Shown: positions 36,991 to 46,700 of the stretch, piece by piece
Position numbering within the stretch: position 1 is the first letter of the stretch
Layout of the letters: the number at the start of each line of letters is the position of its first letter
IMG/VR virus record: IMGVR_UViG_3300014775_002125
Span: 1 to 64,000 of that record
Origin: a virus
DNA: 64,000 nt
Reading direction: 5' to 3' (one strand)
Translations under genes and position numbers: made by a program
The notes under the pieces: model-generated
Databases searched by the model: none
Seen by the model: the letters and a program-made list of their open reading frames with translations, nothing else
What the model was told of the DNA's origin: nothing

Positions 36991-37380
36991 ATGGGGCTAT
37001 CGACTAAACTACCACTCACATACTCTGAGCGTTACGGATTCTACAGTCAGAACGAAGAGATTCAGGAGCAGATTCGTCAGAATCTCAAAGACTTACTCTT
37101 AACTGCTCCCGGCGAGCGTTTTATCGAACTGGATTATGGAGTCGGCCTGTACGCCTATCTGTTCGAGCCAATGACTGGTAGAACCTTACAGTCTCTTAGA
37201 GACACTATAGGTGCTCAGGTGGCGACCTATATGCCATACATTGAAATTAGGAACTTAAGCGTCAATGAAGGTACGGATAATTTTGGCGGAGGTGCTGCTT
37301 TGTCTGTCGTTTTGGATTACCGTATCACACCGCTGGGCGAAGACGGTGTGGACTATTTAGAAGTAGAGATTAAACAATGA
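36991..37380 (+). CDS. Baseplate wedge/sheath-initiator subunit (T4 gp25/gpW-like)
   Basis: IRQNLKDLLLTAPGERFIELDYGVGLYAYLFEP..YMPYIEI is the GPW_gp25 signature. Confidence 0.9.
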   Translation: MGLSTKLPLTYSERYGFYSQNEEIQEQIRQNLKDLLLTAPGERFIELDYGVGLYAYLFEPMTGRTLQSLRDTIGAQVATYMPYIEIRNLSVNEGTDNFGGGAALSVVLDYRITPLGEDGVDYLEVEIKQ

Positions 37381-39158
37381 AAAAGTTGAACATTAACTAC
37401 ACCAACGTAACCGAAGAAGGTATTCGTAGAAGGCTAGACGAGATTGCATCGAGTCTTTACCCTGACGTCAACCGCGACTTTAGCGAGAGTAGCTTTGGGT
37501 CATTAATTAAGGATACTCAGGCTTACATTGGCTCCATGCTTTACTTCTACACGTTATACAATGCCAACGAGAGCTTTATGGATTCTGCGGTGGAGCTTGA
37601 AAACATTCTACGGGCGGCAAAAGAGAAGGGCTATAAGTACAAAGGCATCCCTTCAGTTGTGGGTAAGCAAGATTTTTACATCATCGTCCCTGCTAACTCC
37701 TCCGGCACTGCACCAGACAGCGACTACCTACCCATCCTCAAAGCTCAGGACACGATTGTAAGTCAAGCTAACGGCGAGATTTATAGGTTACAAGAGGACT
37801 TGGACTTTGCTGACCCTAAGAATGAGCAAATTGTTGCCTCTAGGAATGCTAGCACTGGGGTTATCACTGAGTTTGCTGTAAAAGTCACTGGGGCTGTTCG
37901 AAGCGGTGATTTAGATGTTGAGGAGTTTGAACTGGGAGATTTCGTATCGTTCCGTAAGCTAGCCATTAGAGACTTGAACTTCACTGGTATCGTAAGTGTG
38001 ACTGATGGCAACGGGAATGTTTATTATGAAGTTGACAACATGGTTCAGACGTTTGTCTATAAGTATCTTGAAAACTTTAATAAGGCAACCCACCAAGACC
38101 CTGTGAACCTACTAGAAATTGTCCCAACAGAGCGCCGATTCACTGTAGATTTCGACACAGAGAATGCTATTTTGACCTTTGGTGGCTCTCCAGATGGTGA
38201 CAAGCGCGACGTAATCAACCCTTCAAAGTTCGCTGTAGATACTCATGGGCGCCAATATTTGTCAGACACGACCTTTAACCCATATGACCTAACACAGACA
38301 GGCAAGTTAGGAGTAGGCCCTGAGAATACTGTACTCACTGTAGTCTACCGCAGGAACACCACAGACGAACCTAACGCTGCCGCTGGTCAAATCGGCAACG
38401 TGGTCAATTCAGAGTTCGTTTTTCCTGATGAGAACGCGATCAATGTCGCAACTAGAGCCTCTGTAGTGGGCTCGCTAGAGACTGACAATCCAGAAGCACT
38501 TACTGGCAACATTATCTTGGACCTAGAAGAAGAAATTAAGATTAGAGCGCAAGGTGCTAAGATGTTCAGAGGTGTTTGCGTGACTCAGAAAGACTATGAG
38601 GTGGCAAGCTACTCTATGCCTCCACAGTTTGGCAGTATCAGAAGAGCCAGAGCGTTATTAGACAAGGATACACTACGAGACAACATCAATCTTTACACTA
38701 TCGCAGAGGACGAGGACGGCTATCTAACAACCACTTCAAGCGAAACTAAGAAGAACTTGAAGAAATGGATTGCCTCAATGAAGTCTGGAGGTGATTCAGT
38801 GGATATTCTAGACGCGATCATTGTAAACGTGGGTATTGAGTGTTCTATTGTTCCTAATGGTGTTGATAGATTGATTGCCCTGATTGATGCCGTAGAGACC
38901 CTTAAGGTAGAGTTTTCAGAACCTAAAGGAATTGGGGAATCACTGAAAATTAATGACGTTTACAGGGTACTCAGAGGTGTTCCTACGATTCTAGATGTTG
39001 ATGATGTAATGTTCGTTAAGAAGTCTGGAGACAATTACTCTGGCGTAGCTTACAATGTTGATAAAAACATGTCTGGTGGCGAACTAATGGTACCTCAGAA
39101 CTATATTTTAGAGGTTAAGTTTCCAGAAGATGACATTAAAGTGAGAGTTAAAAAATGA
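37377..39158 (+). CDS. Baseplate wedge subunit (T4 gp6/baseplate J-like)
   Basis: DFSESSFGS..NESFMDSA..AKEKGYK, LTFGG, EEIKIRA..CVTQKDYE; follows gp25. Confidence 0.85.
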   Translation: MKKLNINYTNVTEEGIRRRLDEIASSLYPDVNRDFSESSFGSLIKDTQAYIGSMLYFYTLYNANESFMDSAVELENILRAAKEKGYKYKGIPSVVGKQDFYIIVPANSSGTAPDSDYLPILKAQDTIVSQANGEIYRLQEDLDFADPKNEQIVASRNASTGVITEFAVKVTGAVRSGDLDVEEFELGDFVSFRKLAIRDLNFTGIVSVTDGNGNVYYEVDNMVQTFVYKYLENFNKATHQDPVNLLEIVPTERRFTVDFDTENAILTFGGSPDGDKRDVINPSKFAVDTHGRQYLSDTTFNPYDLTQTGKLGVGPENTVLTVVYRRNTTDEPNAAAGQIGNVVNSEFVFPDENAINVATRASVVGSLETDNPEALTGNIILDLEEEIKIRAQGAKMFRGVCVTQKDYEVASYSMPPQFGSIRRARALLDKDTLRDNINLYTIAEDEDGYLTTTSSETKKNLKKWIASMKSGGDSVDILDAIIVNVGIECSIVPNGVDRLIALIDAVETLKVEFSEPKGIGESLKINDVYRVLRGVPTILDVDDVMFVKKSGDNYSGVAYNVDKNMSGGELMVPQNYILEVKFPEDDIKVRVKK

Positions 39159-40624
39159 TTAAGTTCTACAAGGCCCTGAAAGACAATACAATTACCAATG
39201 CGTTCTCTTTAGGCATTAAAAACAGGGCGACTGGTTCTAACATGGGTGCTGCGGACATTGTAGAGGTGTTCAGCATTTATGGTCAGGCTTCTGGCTCTGG
39301 TGGCCGTTCTCAGGAGCTTTCAAGAGCCATCCTAGAGTTCGATGTCCAGAGTATTATCGATGATAGAGCTAGTGGGTTGCTTCCAGCGTCAGGTAGTGTT
39401 GAGTTCAGACTTAGAATGTTCAACGCAAAGCATGTCGAGATGACTCCAAACGACTATGAATTGGCTGTTCACCCTCTCACAGAAGAATGGCAGGAAGGCT
39501 ACGGGTTAGATTTAGACCAGTACAAAGACAAGACGTTCGATAATTTTGGGTCTAACTGGGAGAAAAGATCTGGAAGCACATCATGGACAACTGTTGGTGG
39601 TACTTACGATAACGCTGTTGTTTATTCTCAGAGTTTCCCGATTGGCACGGAAGATCTTGATGTTGATGTCAGTGCAACGGTAGAGTCTTGGGTTGGTGGT
39701 GGATTAACTAACAACGGATTCATGGTCAAACTTGGAGAGACATTCGAGGCTTACTACTCGGCTTCTACTGGTGCTAATAGTGGCAGTATTATCCACAATG
39801 TCAACGGCCTAAAGCAGACTAAGTACACTAAAAACTTCTTCGGCAGAGGCTCTGAGTTCTTTCATAAAGTTCCAGTTATTCAGGCGGTCTGGAGTGATGT
39901 TAAGTATGATGATAGAGGTGGTTTTGTGCCAAGTTCTTCATTAGCTCCAGCAGCAGACAACATTAACAAGATCAAGTTTTACAATTATCAGAGAGGTCGC
40001 CTTGTAGATATTCCGGGTACACCAACGCTAACTGTAGACATCTATTCATCATCTAATGGTACGCCTAGTGGCTCTTCTTTAGGTACATTTTCAGTGTCTA
40101 AGGAGTCTACTGGTGTCTATAGTGCCGATGTACATGTAGCGACAACCTTAAACTCTCTAAATGATGTATGGATGACGGGCAGTACGGCATTACATACAGG
40201 TTCTATCAGGGTTAAGCAGGCTACAAATTACCACAAAAACACCAAAGATGACTATGTGGTGAGTATGATTGGCAACAAAAAAGAGTATCAAAACACAGGT
40301 GACGAACGATTCAGAGTTCATTTCAGAAAGAAAGACTGGAGACCTACTCTTTATGATGTTGCCGTGAATATTGTTGACACTGAGTACTTACGCTCGGCAT
40401 CTTACAGTGTTTATAGAGATGTGGATGACCTTGAGGTAATTTCTCACAACACTGGCAGTTATCTAGGCACTGTCATGAGTTACAATGTCTCAGGTTCTTA
40501 CTTTGATTTAGATATGAGTTCTTTTGAGTCTGGATATTCCTACTACTTTAAGTTTGCTGTATATGATGACTTTGCAGGTAACTTTGTTGAGCTTGAGAAA
40601 AAGTTCCGATTCAGAATTAAATAG
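39155..40624 (+). CDS. Baseplate-associated structural protein (DNRLRE/DUF-like beta-sandwich)
   Basis: KDNTIT..SRAILEFD..LTEEWQEG.G..W...GG..DVSATVESW..NNGFMVK; 10 [ST]GS motifs. Confidence 0.6.
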   Translation: MIKFYKALKDNTITNAFSLGIKNRATGSNMGAADIVEVFSIYGQASGSGGRSQELSRAILEFDVQSIIDDRASGLLPASGSVEFRLRMFNAKHVEMTPNDYELAVHPLTEEWQEGYGLDLDQYKDKTFDNFGSNWEKRSGSTSWTTVGGTYDNAVVYSQSFPIGTEDLDVDVSATVESWVGGGLTNNGFMVKLGETFEAYYSASTGANSGSIIHNVNGLKQTKYTKNFFGRGSEFFHKVPVIQAVWSDVKYDDRGGFVPSSSLAPAADNINKIKFYNYQRGRLVDIPGTPTLTVDIYSSSNGTPSGSSLGTFSVSKESTGVYSADVHVATTLNSLNDVWMTGSTALHTGSIRVKQATNYHKNTKDDYVVSMIGNKKEYQNTGDERFRVHFRKKDWRPTLYDVAVNIVDTEYLRSASYSVYRDVDDLEVISHNTGSYLGTVMSYNVSGSYFDLDMSSFESGYSYYFKFAVYDDFAGNFVELEKKFRFRIK

Positions 40625-40710
40625 ACCACTTAAAACCCGCCTTAAAATCCTCACAGCACACTATTTATAATCGATAAGAGTTTCAAAGAATTCTGATAAG
40701 GTTATAAATA

Positions 40711-43700
40711 ATGTCAATCAAGAAGCTATTCCAATCCAAAGACTTATCCCTAAAAGATATTAAACCATCTAAAAGTCGCGTCAAGAGTTTGGCGCTAAAC
40801 AAAAAGCAGTTCGTAGTACCTGTAGATTTCTCAACCCCAGAGAATTTTGTTAAGTATGGTCTAGCTGAAGTGCAGTACCAGTCTGCTTTCGTCAAGATTT
40901 ACAACACCTATCCATACGACGGAACCCTAGAAGACGTAGAGACTTGGTACAATGAGTTGTCTTCTTTTGAACGCTACATCTTTGACGAGAAATACCCAAG
41001 AGGGACTGGTTATGTAAAACTTGGAACTACATGGAATCGTGATGTAACTGATAGCTCTGGTCAGTATGGTCTCTCAACAGCTCCTAACTACATCACATTC
41101 TCAGGGTCTGCTGGTAATGGCTTCGACTACCCCGGACAGAGACGTTCGGAGACTCGTAACAGTTTTAAGGATAATGCAAACATCTGGAAACCCTCAGAGA
41201 ACCTTGACCAGAATGTAAAGTTAGATTTTGAAAGTGGTTTTACGTTCGAGTGGTGGATGGCTAAAGACGGATTCAACAGCGGCAGTACAAAACGAGAGGT
41301 CATTCTGGACCTGTGGAATGGCGAGACAGGAGCTTCCAATGGGCGCCTTATCCTAGAAATGACCGCCAGCGCTGGTAGTGATTCCTGTTTAATGTTGAGT
41401 GTTTACAGTGGTTCTTCAAACTATGTCAAAGAACTACAAGTAGGTACTGGAAGTACTTTAAGCACGGCTAGTGTTGGAGATAATTCCTTTAGACATTATG
41501 CGGTTACAGTTGAGTCTGGAAGCAGCAATCTAAATATCAAGACTTATGTAAATGGACTTGTAAACGAATCTAGAGACACTGCAATCACTGGCACTCCCTT
41601 TACATCAATCTCAGGGACTTACAAGGGGCGTTTAGGAGGCCTTCTAACAACAGTTTCTACTGGTACTGGTAGCGTTGGTTACGGCTCTCTAATCTCCAGC
41701 AGTCTCGACGAAGTAAGGATCTGGAAGACTCGACGAACCGAAGAAGAGATTTATCAGAACTACAACAAGACTTTATTCTACGGAGCGGCTACTGGTAGGG
41801 TTGAGAACTATCTATCAGTCTACTATAAATTTAACGAGGGTATCACTGGTACAGGTAGCATCGACCAGACCATTATGGATTACTCTGGACGTGTTGTTAA
41901 TGGCCTGTTCTACAACTATGAGAGCACCAATCGTAACACAGGTAGTGCGCTGGTAGAATCTTCAAAGGCCAACAAAGAATATCAGGAGCCAACCCTATAC
42001 AGCTTCCACCCAGATGTTGTAAGTGTCTCAGACGATCTCAGAACTTCCGGTAGTAACTATGATGCTCAGAACCCTACAAGCCTCTGGAATACCTTGCCAT
42101 TCTATCTAAGAAACGAGCAAGAGATAGAGATTTTGGACCCTGACAATCTACCCACAAGCGAACTAAAAAAGCTATGTCACTTGATTGGTACTTCTTTTGA
42201 TGACTTCGCGTTGGCTATTGATTACTTACCGAAACTAAAAGACCGTGAGTATCTGTCAGGTTCTCAAGATCCTCGTAGCTTTGTTGAGACCCTATTGCAC
42301 GAAGAAGGCCTTGAGTTCTCTACCTTGTTTGGCGACGAAGATATTCTAACAAAGCTCAAAAACACTGACGGGAACAAGGTGTTTGATAAAAGTTTAGAGT
42401 ATGTTAAAGGTAAAATCTATGAGAACCTTTATGTCTCTATGAACTCTATCAACGAGAGCAAAGGCAACGACGAGGCTTTTGTCAAGGCTTTGAGGGCTGT
42501 TGGTGTTGATGAAAACCTAGTAAACATCAACAGGTACATCAAAAACTCAACAAGAACATACACGACTAACTACAAAGTCTCAGAGAACAACAAGAGATTC
42601 CTAAACTTTTATCAGTCTGGCAGTCTCTCCTCAACGCTAACTCAAGCAACTGGAAGTGAATCTGGCAATGCTCGTAGTTATATTGGGTTCCATGCCAATA
42701 AACTGTACAGAGATTACTCACCGTTCACTATGAGATTCTCTACGTTCATGCCTAGAAAGCTGCGACAAGACAGCAAGGCGTTTTTCGGTGTAGATTTTAA
42801 GACGGCTAGTATCGGTGGTTTACGTCAGTCAAGTGGGCAACTTGACTATACATGGGCTACTAATGAATCTGCCAGCCTGAACCTTATGTTTGTGAAGAAA
42901 AGCTCAGAGAGCCCTTCAGGGTACTATCTGTTGACTGGTAATGTCGGTGGTACTAATGTTGAGTTGACCTCTTCTAACCTGACCAACGTATACCAAGACA
43001 CTCAGTGGGATCTGTTTGTTTCTCTCGTCAACGATAAATACCCACTAGGTGATAAACTCACAGGGACTCTTAGCGGCTCTTACACTCTATCTTTTCATGG
43101 CATTGAGTCACTTAACGATACGATTACCAGAACCTTTGAGAAAACCTTGAGTGTTCCTTTCGCTGATGGCTCTAGTTTCCTTGGTGTAGATCGTAGAGCA
43201 TACCTTGGAGCCCACCGTCAGAACTTTACAGGTAGTGTGCAGCAAAAATCAGATGTAGGTATCTTTGATTTTCAGGTTATTGAGGAGAAATTAACAAACG
43301 AAGACAGGGAGAGCTTTGCAAAATATGGTAAATATGCTGACAATCCCTCCAAGTTTCGTAAGGCCTTTCTAAGTTCTGTAGTTTCTGGTAGTAATGTTGA
43401 GTTAGCTCCAGAGATCTCAACACTTCTTACTTGGGATTTTACAGATGTTAAGAGGACTACGGATGCTAGCGGCGAGTTTTATCTTGAGGACCTAACATCT
43501 GGTAGTGCTGCTCGTAGAACTTCTTTGGGTGCTTGGGGGGCTGCCTTTGCTTACCATTACCCCGGACAAGCCTATAGTTTTCCATTAGAGCATGTGGCGA
43601 ATAGAAAATCAAGCGTTCCACAAATTAAACAGCTAGGCGTCGATGAGGTAAGCCCAACGTCAAATGTAAGAATCTTGAACTTTGACGACGCTATCTTTAA

Positions 43701-46700
43701 ACAGAATGAGAAGCACGAAAAGGATCTGTTGTCTTTTGAGATTTCTAGAGAAAGATCATTAGATTCAGTTATTTACGAGCAGACCTCCCCAGATGAGATT
43801 GCGAGAGTTATTGGTAAACCTACAAGCCATTACGAACAAAGCTACCCTGCACTTCAAAAGAAATCACGAGAGTTCTTTGATGATGCTACAGAAATTAGAA
43901 CACATGAGCAGTTTTTTGAGTTCTATAAGTGGGTGGATAGTACTGTAAAAGAAATCCTAGATAACTTTGTACAGATCTCAACACCTAAAACTGATGCTTG
44001 GAACACTGTAGAGAGCCATGCCTTAGAGCGCGATAAGCTAGACTGGAAGCTCCCTATTTTGAAAACCATCACCTCTACCCATGGACAGTTCGGGAATAGC
44101 AATGAGAGGTCTTTTAGGTGGTCTAAAGAGCATCGTCCTGTAGGTGGGTCACAAGCAGAAAATGGAGACTGGTGGAGAAAGAGAGCTACTAGGGATGGAG
44201 ACCTGACTGTTGGCGCCTCTGTAGATGCCGATAGAGAGACTTTGAGACAGCGAATCTTCACTGACAGCTACTACTCAAGCTCTAATGATCCAGTCTATCA
44301 GGTCGCTAAGAGTCATCCAACAACTGGGACTTATGTACATCGACCAGACTACTACAGAAACTTTGGGAAACAGCAGGGCACAAAGCTCGTCAAAGGAAAT
44401 AGCTCTAAGTTCATTACCTACAAAAACCGAGATATGTTCAAGAGCAACATCAAGGTGGACGGTGAGAGGGTTGCTTTTAACATCCCCAAAGAAATCTACC
44501 TAATTTTCTCAGCTTCTTACAAGAGAGACGTTGATGTAGATACCAATGTAGTGATTAAGCGAAGAGCAGTTTACAAGGCTCGCTCTGAGATGGGTCGTGA
44601 AGACTATATTTCCGCTGACGCTAACAGAATTATGCCCTTCAAGATCTATTCTGCTAGCATTGATGGGGGTTACAGCGATAGCCTTGCAACTAACTTTACG
44701 AGTGGGTCGGACATTACTAACCTCCACCAAGACTATGCAGACGACATTGAAGCCACACAGATGCAAGGAACATTCTCAGAGAGGTTTGTCGGTGGCCGTT
44801 CAGTTCGTCACGTCCCTGTAAACTCTGGAAACGACTCAAGGTCAACACGCCCAGAAGAGTTTCACATCCTTATTGGTAACTTGTCGATCCCCACAGGTAC
44901 TATCGGTGTTACTGGTCCTGACTATCCTATTGGTGGTACTGCTGGGTACCCCGCGTGGAGCTACCCAAGAGCCCAATATTACCGAGCAGTCCGACAGAAG
45001 ACACCGATCAGCGTAAAGAACTACAAAATGACCACGAGTTCTTTTGGTAACTTTACGAATAACCACCAGATTCTATTTGTCAACAAGGACCACTCTCTAC
45101 AACATTGGTTCAGAGATAACTTAACGTTCTCTCAGAGTGCTTCTCCTTTTGTTACTGGCGCCGTAGACTACTTAGTACCAACGAGTTCTAAGCTAGAGTC
45201 GCATTATGTACAGAGATTTAGTTCTCCCGGTGGTTTTGATAGTAACTTCTTGGATTATGAGACCTCACAGTACTCTCCATACAACTCTGTGAACTATCGT
45301 AACCTTAATGTGCGAATCCCAAGAAACGAGTTGTTCAAGAGGCACTCAGGACAGTTCGGTGTAGACATTGATAACAGCACTGTAGGGGCTTTCCATAAGG
45401 TTCCTCGTAACAGTTTTGTAAGAGTAGAGAATTCAGGGTCTTCTACTGCCGAAACTACTAAGTATGACAACGAGTTTATCCAACATGCGATCCCAAGGAA
45501 GTGGAAAGCATACCATTGGATCACTCAGTCTTACACTGGCAGCGAGATTTACACAGAACCGACCGAATCACTACGAGGATACATTGAAGATCCCGGATTT
45601 ATTCGTGATTACACCCTTAGCGGCAACACTGGATCATTCTCAGTCAGTACTTTTAGTCAGAAGTCGTTCAATACCTCTTCATTTACTTTAGAAAACACTA
45701 AAGTTACTGACATTTATACGGCAGCAGACCATGAGATGCTTAACTCTTACCTAAACTCTGAACACTCTAAGTTTATGTACAGCCCCTTGATCCAAACTAG
45801 AGTTGCTGAGAGACTTTTGAGGAACAAAAAGGACGCTTACAACCTCTTCCAAGTGTCTGAAGTGTTTGACAATGACCACTCTGTGAACTCTTTTATCACT
45901 TACGAAGAGTCTCCCTTGAAGTTCGACAAGCCTTTCCGCTCTAAACTAGTAAGCGGTGAGCAGACCTACAACTTTACCTATGCTGGGCTCGCAGAACGCT
46001 ATAATTTTGCTGACAAACGCATTGGTGCAGCACTTGGTATGCCTGAAGACCCTAAAAAGCAGTTTGTCTACAGTAAACTTATGGAATTAGAGGCTGAAGG
46101 TGACTTTGAGACCGTATATGGGGACCACCAAGAGCTTGTTTATTCCAAGAAATTGTTCCCAAGACTCCAGAATTACGGCCTAAAACGCAACAGATTAAGA
46201 GAAAACTACACAGAAGTTGCTGGTACTGGGTCAAATGGTTACGACAGAGTACTCAATGACCGTAGAACCTTCTGGAAAGACACTGACAAGAGCCGTTCTA
46301 GTCACCTAAACGTACTTGGAGAGGGTTGGGGTAGGAACTACTGGCCTTTGGGCAGTAACAACTACGTTACACACGCTCTTGATGGTAACTACTATGAGAT
46401 TTTTGGTGGTGGCTCTTATGTTACTATTGAAAACGAGGAAACCGCTGAACTTTCTCTCTCTTATCTAGTTTCGGCAGGTGGCTTTAGCTATCCTGATGTC
46501 TTGATCCATTCTATGTTTGGTACTGGTCAGGCTACTGGGTCATTTCAGGGGACCTCTTATGGTGATGCGGTTGATTCAGCGTACTACACGACTCACATTG
46601 CAACCACACCCTTCGTTTATGGGGTGAGTCTAGGTAGATTCACTGGGTTTATTTACCCTTATGACACTGAGCAAATCTCTGGTAAGTCTCCTATGTACGA